Of a stretch of DNA of 64,000 nucleotides, positions 9,702 through 21,349 are shown one piece after another. The DNA is from Bacteroidales bacterium (lineage in GTDB: Bacteria > Bacteroidota > Bacteroidia > Bacteroidales > P3), in assembly GCA_024681475.1 (NCBI GenBank), contig JAILAT010000051.1, forward strand, positions 30,444 through 94,443. Direction: 5' to 3'. Numbering within the stretch: the stretch's first letter is position 1; each line of letters starts with the position of its first letter. A model generated the notes under the pieces. It ran no database searches and was not told the origin of the DNA. It saw only the letters and a program-made list of their open reading frames with translations. The translations under genes were made by a program, and so were the position numbers.

Positions 9702-10361
9702 ATAGCAAGAGCGCCACAAGCGGAACATAAAACCCCTCAACCTGCTGCTCCGACGCCTCAACAGGCGCCACAAGCAGCCAATCCCCAGCCTTCCCAGACT
9801 CAGGAGACGAAGACTCTGGAGGCTCCCGCTGTGTCGACGCCATCACCCTCTCACTCTCCTGAGCCGCCCAAACCTGCTGCAGCACCCTCCACTCCCATGT
9901 CCCGGCCCCGCTCCGGCGGACTGCCTACAGGCTTCACAAACATCTCGCTCAACCAGAAGATGGAGCATTCGGTGGCGCTCAACCAGAAGCGCAAAGCGGA
10001 AAACTTGACGCAAGAACGTTTGGAAGAGTTGTGGAAAAAACTGATAGCACGCTCAAAGGACGACGACAAGCTTCTTGAGTTGCTCAACGACAAGAAGCTG
10101 CAGGTCGACAGCGACAATAGTTTTACCATTTTTGTCACCAATTCTTACCTCACTGCCTATTTTGCTCAATACCAGAAGACTATCCTTACTTTCCTGCGTG
10201 GAGAATTGGCCAACGACGACATCCGCTATGATGTGAAGGTGGTGGAAGACGAGAACCACGAATTGAAACTGTACCTGCCCAACGAGAAATACGAAGACAT
10301 GGCCAAGCGCAATCCTTCGTTGGTGACCCTGCGCCGTGTCTTTAAAGATATTGATTTTTAA
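9702..10361 (+). CDS. dnaX: tau-specific C-terminal region of DnaX, open in the same frame directly behind the TAG; mode of expression unknown
   Basis: 219 sense codons in the dnaX frame. A Pro/Gln/Ala-rich linker is followed by a folded domain (…LWKKLIARSKDD…FTIFVTNSYL…LYLPNEKYEDMAKRNP…). The ORF track shows only the 9831..10361 part, starting at a GTG. Confidence 0.6.
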   Translation: MARAPQAEHKTPQPAAPTPQQAPQAANPQPSQTQETKTLEAPAVSTPSPSHSPEPPKPAAAPSTPMSRPRSGGLPTGFTNISLNQKMEHSVALNQKRKAENLTQERLEELWKKLIARSKDDDKLLELLNDKKLQVDSDNSFTIFVTNSYLTAYFAQYQKTILTFLRGELANDDIRYDVKVVEDENHELKLYLPNEKYEDMAKRNPSLVTLRRVFKDIDF

Positions 10362-10429
10362 TGGGCTATGCCCCCTTTGGAGGGTTTGGCTCTTCACACT
10401 AATAATAACCGCAAAAGCAACGAGACGCC

Positions 10430-11671
10430 ATGGGAACAATATTCATTATCTTGGGAGCATTGATTTTCTGTGCGCATCTTTTTTCTGCGCTCTTCAGCCG
10501 TCGTCGTATTCCCGACGTGTTGTTTCTTGTGGCCATCGGCATCCTTATCGGGCCCGTGCTTGGGTTGGTGACCACAGCGCAGATAGGCCGTTGGGGCTCC
10601 ATACTCTCCTATGTGACTTTGGTCTTCATCTTGGTGGACAGTGGCGTCGATATCAAAATCAACGACATACGACGCTATTGGACGGGTGTGGTGCAGGTTA
10701 CGCTCTACTCCTTTCTGCTCTCCATGGCTGCGGCGGCCATCACGTCGCACTATGTGGTGTGTCTTGATTGGCGTCTGTCGCTTCTTGTGGGCAGTATGGT
10801 GGCCGGAACGGGATCGTCCATCGTCATCCCCATGGTCAACCAGATGAAAGTGAGCGACAAGACACGCACAGTGCTGGTGCTGGAGTCTGCCATCTCCGCG
10901 GTGCTCTGTATCGTGGTGGCTCTGGCCATTGTCGAAGGTATCCAGATGGGACAAATCAGTTTCCTCTCTATCCTGGGCAAAGTGTTGGCATCGTTCACCA
11001 TGGCACTGATTGTGGGTGTTGTTGGAGGAATGCTGTGGTCCAGCCTGCTGCAGCGTGTGAGAAAGCTGAACAACTCCATGTTCCTCACGCCGGCATTCAT
11101 GTTTGTCATCTATGGCATCACCGAGGCCCTGGGCTTCAGCGGTGCCATCGCGTCGTTGTCCTTCGGTGTGGTACTGGGCAATGCTAATTATTTTGAACTT
11201 AGGCTGCTGCGTAAGATGCGTGGAAGTCATCGCCGTATGCTGCCTATGGAGGACAACGAGAAATCGTTTTTCAAGGAGATCGTTTTTGTGCTCAAGACTT
11301 TCTTCTTTGTCTATATCGGTATCAGCATCCCCTTCACCGACCATGCTGCGCTGCTCTATGGTCTGGCCATCGCAGCAGCAATCTATGTGGTTCGTTTCGT
11401 GCTTGTCACCATTGTGGGTCACAAAAATACCAAGACTGACCGACTGGCAGTCTCTATGTTGATACCCAAGGGATTGGTTTCGGCAGTGTTGGCGTCTATC
11501 CCCCGTCAGGTCAACGCCTTGACAGGATGGGAGGTGATCCCGCATGCTGAACGTATCGAGTGTCTCGTATATTCCACCATTTTCTTCTCCATCGTCATCT
11601 GCAGTCTGCTGGTGCTGTTGACACGTAAGAAACTGCTGGACACAACCATTACTTCCAAAACGGAGAAGTGA
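10430..11671 (+). CDS. cation:proton antiporter (Na+/H+ exchanger family)
   Basis: 413 aa with about 11 TM helices. The N-terminus IFCAHLFSALFSRRRIPDVLFLVAIGILIGP is typical of CPA1-type exchangers. Confidence 0.85.
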   Translation: MGTIFIILGALIFCAHLFSALFSRRRIPDVLFLVAIGILIGPVLGLVTTAQIGRWGSILSYVTLVFILVDSGVDIKINDIRRYWTGVVQVTLYSFLLSMAAAAITSHYVVCLDWRLSLLVGSMVAGTGSSIVIPMVNQMKVSDKTRTVLVLESAISAVLCIVVALAIVEGIQMGQISFLSILGKVLASFTMALIVGVVGGMLWSSLLQRVRKLNNSMFLTPAFMFVIYGITEALGFSGAIASLSFGVVLGNANYFELRLLRKMRGSHRRMLPMEDNEKSFFKEIVFVLKTFFFVYIGISIPFTDHAALLYGLAIAAAIYVVRFVLVTIVGHKNTKTDRLAVSMLIPKGLVSAVLASIPRQVNALTGWEVIPHAERIECLVYSTIFFSIVICSLLVLLTRKKLLDTTITSKTEK

Positions 11672-11679
11672 TGTGATAA

Positions 11680-14621
<2,942 letters not shown>

Positions 14622-14631
14622 GCCTTGCTCA

Positions 14632-15660
14632 TCACTGGTTCAGTATCAGTGTACAAGCTGAGTCGATAATGTTGTCGTGGCCTGTGGCCAGGGCTTCCGG
14701 AAGAAGGGTCACCACCTGGTCTGGTGGCACGCCATTCTCGTAGTTCACTCCGTCAGTTGCCAGCGTACGCGACACCCCGAAACGGTAGTACCATCCGTTG
14801 GGCAGGGCTCCGCCGGCAGGGATGGCGAGTCCGCCAGCCGTAGTGTCGCCCATCACGATTACATTGTCATACGTCTTTACGCACAGCGCAAACGAGCTGG
14901 CAGCGCTGTAGCATCCTCGGTCAGTGAGCACGACGAAGGGCTTTGTGTAGACTGTATGGTCTTTGTTCTCAGGGGCGAATACGGCTACCGGCTCTCCGAA
15001 ATCGTTGTGCGCGGGACCTGCCTTCAACTGTGTGGAGTAGAGCATCTGTCCTCTGCAGGGTAACAGGGCCATGATGTTCCATTCGTTCTGTATCACGCCA
15101 CCGCCGTTCTGACGGATGTCGAACACAACACCCTTGACATCAGCGTATTTCTTGAGGATGTATTCCAACGAGGAGGTGGATGCGGAGTTGGTGAATGAGC
15201 TGTAGCGGATATAAAGCACCTGACCGTCGGCAATGGCGTTGTAGGCAAAGCCTCCTGTGGTGTGATGGTGTGGAGTCAAGTAATTGATGGATACGGTGTT
15301 AAGGTCGAAATTCCCGTTGCCATATCGTTGCAGGAAGATGGCCTCGCTGCCGAAGACATCGTTGTCGCTCCACAGGTTGACATGGCCGTCGTCGAGGGTG
15401 TTGAGCATTTCGGAGAGCACGGCGAAGAGGCTGTCGCTGCTCATGCCGTCGTAGACGCGAGGCGCCAGATTGTCGTGCACGGCTTGCCAGTCCACATTTT
15501 TTACATCGAAGAGCGAATAACGCTCGTCGACCTGTCGCCAAAGATATTCAAAAGTCTCTGTGGCAGAGTTCTCTATCTCATTACCCATCCACAGTTTTTC
15601 GCAGCTGCACAGCGGCAGCATCAAGAGGACGAGAAGGATACGTATGCTTGTATTTTTCAT
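14632..15660 (-). CDS. S41-family peptidase lipoprotein
   Basis: Lipobox LMLPLCSCE. DIRQNGGG and the GCYSAASSFA serine region are typical of tail-specific protease-like S41 enzymes. Confidence 0.75.
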   Translation of the reverse strand: MKNTSIRILLVLLMLPLCSCEKLWMGNEIENSATETFEYLWRQVDERYSLFDVKNVDWQAVHDNLAPRVYDGMSSDSLFAVLSEMLNTLDDGHVNLWSDNDVFGSEAIFLQRYGNGNFDLNTVSINYLTPHHHTTGGFAYNAIADGQVLYIRYSSFTNSASTSSLEYILKKYADVKGVVFDIRQNGGGVIQNEWNIMALLPCRGQMLYSTQLKAGPAHNDFGEPVAVFAPENKDHTVYTKPFVVLTDRGCYSAASSFALCVKTYDNVIVMGDTTAGGLAIPAGGALPNGWYYRFGVSRTLATDGVNYENGVPPDQVVTLLPEALATGHDNIIDSACTLILNQ

Positions 15661-15663
15661 GGT

Positions 15664-16560
15664 CTATCGCTTGTTGTTGTAAGTGAGACGAAGTGTCAGG
15701 TCGAAAGCCAGCAAGTGTGTGGCCTGCACGTATTTCCAGGCTCCGCTTTTTCCGCTGCTGTGCACATTCCATAGATACGACAGCCGTAGCGCATATTGTG
15801 GCCCCACATGAAAGACGACTCCAAGGTCGGTCGTGGCTCCTGCCAGTGGCTGAAAATGCATCTCATAATCACTGAATTGGGCTGTCGCCACGTTGGTCGA
15901 TGCGGTGTAATTGTCTATGTATGAGTATCCCGGACGGAAGACGGCAGCAACAGGGAAGAGCGACATCTCGCCGTAGAATGTCCAGTAGTCTTTTTCGCGG
16001 ATCTTGCTGTTGGTCTCGATGCGGGCTGTCAGTGCGGGACAGATAAATTCGCTGACACCCGCGGAAGCATTTTCGTAGTGACTGTTGATGGTGACAGTTG
16101 CAAAATTGTGCAGGCCGCCGCCGACCCAGCATTGCAGCTCCCAGGGGTCGGGCCACGCATTGCCGTGAATTCTGTGCAAGTATTTGAGCCTTACTTGATT
16201 GTATATATCGTATGCGCTGAAATTCAGTGTCGGCGGTACTGCGTTTTCGAAGATACCCAGAAAGGTGCCAATCTCGGCATCGACTTGCCATGTTTCGGCA
16301 TGGCAATAGTTGAAGCCGATATTAGGTTGAATGCCAATGCCTTTGTAGCTGATGGGCGCTGTCCCTTCGTCGCGGAAGACGCTGTAGCCCAGGCTCCCTC
16401 CGAAACGCAGCTCGCAGCGGTGCGGATTGAAGCCGTTGAGGTCTTGGTCGTCAGGCGTGCTTCCGGTCTGTGCCTGTGTACCTAATACGCCTAGCAACAG
16501 GGCGATACAGTAGATCAAAGGCCGCATTGTTGACAACTTGGTGTATTTATTTTTTAACAT
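15664..16560 (-). CDS. hypothetical outer-membrane (beta-barrel-like) protein
   Basis: Signal peptide (MRPLIYCIALLLGVLGTQAQ; alternative start at 16527) and alternating aromatic/Gly-rich strands. It lies 3 nt upstream of the S41 gene. No family recognised. Confidence 0.5.
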   Translation of the reverse strand: MLKNKYTKLSTMRPLIYCIALLLGVLGTQAQTGSTPDDQDLNGFNPHRCELRFGGSLGYSVFRDEGTAPISYKGIGIQPNIGFNYCHAETWQVDAEIGTFLGIFENAVPPTLNFSAYDIYNQVRLKYLHRIHGNAWPDPWELQCWVGGGLHNFATVTINSHYENASAGVSEFICPALTARIETNSKIREKDYWTFYGEMSLFPVAAVFRPGYSYIDNYTASTNVATAQFSDYEMHFQPLAGATTDLGVVFHVGPQYALRLSYLWNVHSSGKSGAWKYVQATHLLAFDLTLRLTYNNKR

Positions 16561-16585
16561 TGTACTTTATTTCTAAAAAAAATCG

Positions 16586-16593
16586 TAATTTTG
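16586..16593 (+). promoter_or_regulatory. -7 promoter box (TAATTTTG)
   Basis: TAnnTTTG match upstream of 16655. Confidence 0.5.
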
Positions 16594-16606
16594 CACATTC
16601 TTTTTG

Positions 16607-16614
16607 CAAAGATA
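16607..16614 (-). promoter_or_regulatory. -7 promoter box (TATCTTTG on minus strand)
   Basis: TAnnTTTG match upstream of the minus-strand gene starting at 16560/16527. Arrangement is divergent. Confidence 0.5.
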
Positions 16615-16654
16615 AGAAGATTATTCCAAACGATAAAAATAAATAAGTAAGTAT

Positions 16655-18598
16655 ATGAAACATAACAAAATGCATCAATCCCTATCAACTGTTTTCGCCC
16701 TCTTTTTGGGCGCCGCGACGCTGGTTTCCTGTGGCGGAAATGGCAATAATATGTCCGACCAGGAGATCGCACAGCTTCAGCACCAACTCGATTCCACCAT
16801 GGTTGTTTACAACAACTTGAAGGCGGAAAGTGCCGAGTATGACATCAAAATGGCTTCGAAAGACAGTGCCATCAATGCCCAAGCTGCCGAAATACAGCGT
16901 CTTATCAATCAGCTGAACAAAAAGAGCTTGTCGCAGCCCTCCGCCTCTTCTTCGGCTGACGTCAAGAAGATTGAGCAACTGCAGGCTGAGGTCCGCAAAA
17001 AAGAGCAGAAAATCAACGAGCTACAGAAAAGCCTTGAGGCCATGAACAAGCAAGTCAACAGCCAAAGCGGCAACAATGATACCCGTCGTGACAATACGGC
17101 TCAGTATCAGAAGCAGATTGCTGATTTGCAGAAGCAGATAGGCGACCAGGAGCGTCAAATAGCCGACCTGACAGCCCAAATCAAGAGCCTGCAGCAGTCT
17201 GCCGGCAACGCCGCCACGGCCAACGACAAGGCGCTGAAGTCGTGTCAGGCTCAGGTCGACGACTTGAACGGCCAGGTGAAAGACTATAAGAATCAGGTAG
17301 CTTCGCTGAACAAGCAGGTGAACCAGCTCAATGCTCAGATTTCCACCTTGCAGAAGAGTTCTGCTTCAGGTGATGCCGCTGTCAACGAGCAGATTGAGCA
17401 GTTGCGTAGCCAACTGGCCGAGACTCAGTCCCAACTGAAGGTTTGCCAGTCGCAAAATACGCAATTCCAGTTGGATGCAAAAACTGCACAGTCCAACTAT
17501 GCCGCCAAGAACTCAGAACTGGAGCAGTGCAAGGCCGATTTGGCCACGCAGGTGGAATTGGTGAAATCGATGAAAGCAACCCAAAATGCAGGCAGTGGCG
17601 AGCTGTCGCAGGTACAGGCCCAACTGCAAGAACTGACCAAGAAAGAGGCTGCTTGCCGCAAACAGAACGAGGAGCTGGCGAAATCTCAGGCAGCGTTGCA
17701 GGCACAGTGCGATGCAGACAAACAGCGGCTTGACGCCAATGTCAAAACGCTGCAGCAGCAAGTCAGCAGCCTTCAGGGACGTGTTGATGAGCTCACCAAC
17801 GAGAATGTAGCGCTAAAGAAAACCATCAAAGAGACGGGAGAATCCGAAAATGAGACAAAGGCAAATGAAAATCAGACAATTGCCGATCTGAATACTATCA
17901 TTGCCGGTCAGAAAACACAGATTGCCCAACTGCAGGCTCAGCTCGAGCAGCAGAACAAGGAGCTGGAGCAGGCACGTGCCGCTGCCAATGCCAACTCCGC
18001 CAATAAGGGCGATGTGGATGCCAAACTGGCCGAGCTGCAGTCGCTCTGCGCAACCTATGCTGCTGAGATTGAGTCTCTCCGCGCCGAAAATGCTCTGCTG
18101 AAGAGTGAGAATGCCGAGCTGAAAGGCAAATTGGCCTCGAGTGGCGACCTCAATTCGGAGAATGAGAAACTGATGCAGAAACTGCGTCTGGCCGCCGTGC
18201 TGGTGACCACCGATGTGACAGCCACACCCGGCAAGAGCGTCACAGGCTCGCAGGTGAAGGCCACCAACAAAGCCAGTCAGACCAAGGCGGTGCGTATCGC
18301 CTGCCAGATACTCGACAACCATGTCGTTGATCCTGGCTCGATTACCGTCTATGCCCGCATTGCCACTGCCAACAACCGTGTGCTCTACAACGGGGCTGCC
18401 GACGACTATGTCTTCGATCTCGACGGTGTCCAGATGAACTACACCACCAAGCAGGAGATCGAGTTCACGGGCAGCGCCCGCAGTCTGGTGATGATCTGGA
18501 AAAAAGCCGAGAACTTGGAGTTGCAGCCCGGTCTCTATTGGGTGACACTCTATGCCAACGGATTCGAAATTGGCAAGACATCCTTCCGTCTTGACTAA
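16655..18598 (+). CDS. lipoprotein with about 450-aa Gln/Ala/Leu-rich coiled coil and a C-terminal beta-rich globular domain
   Basis: Lipobox GAATLVSCGG, a long heptad-like low-complexity region (…QKQIADLQKQIGDQERQIADLTAQIKSLQQ…) and a final ~130 aa that are non-repetitive. Confidence 0.7.
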   Translation: MKHNKMHQSLSTVFALFLGAATLVSCGGNGNNMSDQEIAQLQHQLDSTMVVYNNLKAESAEYDIKMASKDSAINAQAAEIQRLINQLNKKSLSQPSASSSADVKKIEQLQAEVRKKEQKINELQKSLEAMNKQVNSQSGNNDTRRDNTAQYQKQIADLQKQIGDQERQIADLTAQIKSLQQSAGNAATANDKALKSCQAQVDDLNGQVKDYKNQVASLNKQVNQLNAQISTLQKSSASGDAAVNEQIEQLRSQLAETQSQLKVCQSQNTQFQLDAKTAQSNYAAKNSELEQCKADLATQVELVKSMKATQNAGSGELSQVQAQLQELTKKEAACRKQNEELAKSQAALQAQCDADKQRLDANVKTLQQQVSSLQGRVDELTNENVALKKTIKETGESENETKANENQTIADLNTIIAGQKTQIAQLQAQLEQQNKELEQARAAANANSANKGDVDAKLAELQSLCATYAAEIESLRAENALLKSENAELKGKLASSGDLNSENEKLMQKLRLAAVLVTTDVTATPGKSVTGSQVKATNKASQTKAVRIACQILDNHVVDPGSITVYARIATANNRVLYNGAADDYVFDLDGVQMNYTTKQEIEFTGSARSLVMIWKKAENLELQPGLYWVTLYANGFEIGKTSFRLD

Positions 18599-18619
18599 CA
18601 GGTGATAATACAACACGCT

Positions 18620-21349
18620 ATGTCGAAGCAGCGCAGCTATAATACGTTCCGCCAGATGTTCCCGGAGTTCGTCTACGAGAGTTTCTGTTACGACCTCCAG
18701 GACGATGGCTTACATCTGTCGTTCTTGTTTCGGCTGAACGACAAAATCAGCTTCGAGCCCACAGCGTTTATCCCGTCGCGCCCATTCCTGCACCCCGAGC
18801 GGCTGTCGAAGGCTACGCTCGACACCCTGGTGTTCCACATGGGCATGATTGAACTCATCAGCTACTGGAAATGTGTCTGTCCTCCAAGGGTGACTGTGAG
18901 GCCGTATAGTCTGACCGCCGAGCAGGTCGCTTTTTGGAAAAATCTGTATTACAACGGTCTTGGGGAATTTTTCTATACCAATAATATCGTCGCCAGTGAG
19001 GAAGATTTCATGACGCTGAGCGGTGTCGGCAGTGCGCCGGCTCCCAATTTGGACAAGGAGAATCTTTTCTCCGGCTCTGACGAAGGAATCCATATCGTAC
19101 CTATCGGTGGCGGCAAAGACTCGGTGGTGACATTGGAGATACTTCGCGAGGTGGAACATCCGCTACCCATGATTATGAACCCCCGAGGGGCTACGGTAGG
19201 ATGCATCGAGAAGGCTGGATATTCGCTTGACGATGTGATTGTTGTGAAACGCACAATTCATCCGCGTCTGTTGGAACTCAACAAGAACGGCTGCCTCAAT
19301 GGGCACACCCCTTTCAGCGCCATGCTGGCATTCTACACGCTGCTGGTGTCGGCACTGACGGGCACACGTCCTCATGTGGCTCTCTCCAACGAGAACAGCG
19401 CCAACGAGAGTACGGTGGTCGGCACTTCGGTCAACCATCAGTATTCCAAGAGCTTGGAGTTTGAGGACGACTTCCGCCGCTATGTGGCCACCTATATTTC
19501 AAAGGAGTTTGACTACTATAGCTTTCTGCGCCCGTTGAGCGAGCTGCAGATAGCCATGCTGTTTGCCCGCAACGAGCGCTATTTCGATGTCTTCAAGAGC
19601 TGCAATGTGGGCAGCAAGACCGACATCTGGTGCGGACATTGCGCCAAATGTCTCTTTGCATATATTATCCTATCTCCCTTCATCAGTCCGACGCGACTGA
19701 ACGCTATTTTTGGCAAGAACATGCTGGACGACAGTACGATGCAGTTGGAATTCGACCAGTTGCGTGGTCTGGCGGACACCAAGCCTTTCGAATGTGTCGG
19801 CACAGTGGCTGAGGTTAATGCTGCGTTATCGATGACATTGGAACGTTGGTATCGCGATGCCGATATGTTGCCTGCATTGCTGCGCGACTTTGAGTCTAAG
19901 CCTGTTACGATGTCGCTGAGTGAGTTTTGCGACGACAATAATTTGCCGAAAGCCGATGCACATCTGCTGAAAACGACGTTGCAGTCTGCGGTGGAGCAGT
20001 TCTCTGAGGCTAGAGATTCTAAGGCCTTCTTCCGCAGTGAACAATTTGAGACGCTCCTTGCTGGCAAGCGAATTCTCATTGCTGGCTATGGCCGCGAAGG
20101 CAAAAGTACACATACGTTATTGCGACGTCTTTTCCCTGGCCAACAATTTGATGTGGCACACAATGACGAGGAAATCGTTGAGAATCTCAAAGATAACACC
20201 TATGATTTGATTGTCAAGTCGCCTGGTATTCCGACTTTCCGCTTCGAGGGTCTGTGCGACATGGGCCGCATCACCTCGCAGGCCGACCTTTTCTTGCAGG
20301 TGTATGGCGATCTCACTATTGGTGTGACCGGAACTAAAGGCAAGAGCACTACCGCCAATCTCATTTATGCTGTCATGAAGGAGGCCCGTGGCGAGCAACA
20401 TGTGGTGCTGGCTGGTAATATGGGTATCCCACTGTTTGACATTGTCGATAGTTTGTCGGCTGACACACAGGTTGTTGCCGAGTTGTCGTGCCATCAGTTG
20501 GAGATTATCCATCGTGCGCCGCATTGTTCAGTGTTGCTCAATCTCTTTCAGGAACATCTGGACCACTATCATGGCTATGCCGACTATCAGCGCGCCAAGA
20601 TGCAGATAGCGCTCCGTCAGCGTGTTGGCGATGTGTGCTACTATTGTAGCGACAATGCCGACCTTGTGGCCCAGGTGGCGGAGTATAAGCCACAGATACT
20701 GTCAGATCTGCAGCCATACGGTATGGCTGCAGCGCGTGCTGATGCACTGATGCAGCAGGTGAAGTTGTCGCTGATTGGTGAGCATAACTTTTTGAATGCC
20801 TACGTTGTCAGTCTTGCTGCTCGCCATTGTGGTGCCAGCGACGAGGCTATCATTCGAGGTCTCAGCGGCTTTCAGGGGCTGGAACATCGCTTGGAGCGCG
20901 TGGCGACAGTGAATGGCGTGACCTTTTACAACGACTCCATCTCCACAATTCCACAGACAACTATTGCTGCCGTCGAGGCTTTGCAACGTGTCGATACACT
21001 GATTTTGGGTGGATTCAGCCGTGGCATCGACTACACGCCTTTGGCGCAATATCTGACGACACCGTCTGGGTTGGGATCACGCATTGGCGCCGTCGCACTG
21101 CTGGGCTCTGCCGGAAAGGAGATAAAAGAGGCGTTGGACAAGATGGCAACTACGCCATCAGACCGACAGTATTACTGCCATTTTGATGCCGACTACGATA
21201 TGATGGAGGCTGTGCGTTTCGCGATGGAGCGCAGCGACAAAGGAAGCATCTGCTTATTGTCGCCGGCGGCATCGAGTTACGACCACTACAAGAATTTTGA
21301 GGCGCGTGGCGCCCACTATAAACAATGTGTCAATAGTTTGATGGAGTAA
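18620..21349 (+). CDS. fusion protein: N-terminal PP-loop ATPase-like domain (MurL-like candidate) + C-terminal MurD-type Mur ligase (MurD2-like candidate)
   Basis: N-terminal half carries PIGGGKDS (19106..19123) and a CGHCAKC Cys cluster. C-terminal half carries Mur ligase motifs GVTGTKGKSTT (20321..), NLFQEHLDHYH, GEHNFLN, GLEHRLE and YNDSISTIP. The ATG at 18620 is preferred over the GTG at 18602. Confidence 0.8.
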   Translation: MSKQRSYNTFRQMFPEFVYESFCYDLQDDGLHLSFLFRLNDKISFEPTAFIPSRPFLHPERLSKATLDTLVFHMGMIELISYWKCVCPPRVTVRPYSLTAEQVAFWKNLYYNGLGEFFYTNNIVASEEDFMTLSGVGSAPAPNLDKENLFSGSDEGIHIVPIGGGKDSVVTLEILREVEHPLPMIMNPRGATVGCIEKAGYSLDDVIVVKRTIHPRLLELNKNGCLNGHTPFSAMLAFYTLLVSALTGTRPHVALSNENSANESTVVGTSVNHQYSKSLEFEDDFRRYVATYISKEFDYYSFLRPLSELQIAMLFARNERYFDVFKSCNVGSKTDIWCGHCAKCLFAYIILSPFISPTRLNAIFGKNMLDDSTMQLEFDQLRGLADTKPFECVGTVAEVNAALSMTLERWYRDADMLPALLRDFESKPVTMSLSEFCDDNNLPKADAHLLKTTLQSAVEQFSEARDSKAFFRSEQFETLLAGKRILIAGYGREGKSTHTLLRRLFPGQQFDVAHNDEEIVENLKDNTYDLIVKSPGIPTFRFEGLCDMGRITSQADLFLQVYGDLTIGVTGTKGKSTTANLIYAVMKEARGEQHVVLAGNMGIPLFDIVDSLSADTQVVAELSCHQLEIIHRAPHCSVLLNLFQEHLDHYHGYADYQRAKMQIALRQRVGDVCYYCSDNADLVAQVAEYKPQILSDLQPYGMAAARADALMQQVKLSLIGEHNFLNAYVVSLAARHCGASDEAIIRGLSGFQGLEHRLERVATVNGVTFYNDSISTIPQTTIAAVEALQRVDTLILGGFSRGIDYTPLAQYLTTPSGLGSRIGAVALLGSAGKEIKEALDKMATTPSDRQYYCHFDADYDMMEAVRFAMERSDKGSICLLSPAASSYDHYKNFEARGAHYKQCVNSLME

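Noticed and set aside
9690-9710. Programmed -1 or +1 ribosomal frameshift, or transcriptional slippage, as the explanation for the dnaX stop.
   Set aside because: There is no slippery heptamer or homopolymer run around the TAG. The +1 frame stops after 1 codon and the -1 frame after 10. The tau-like continuation is in the zero frame.
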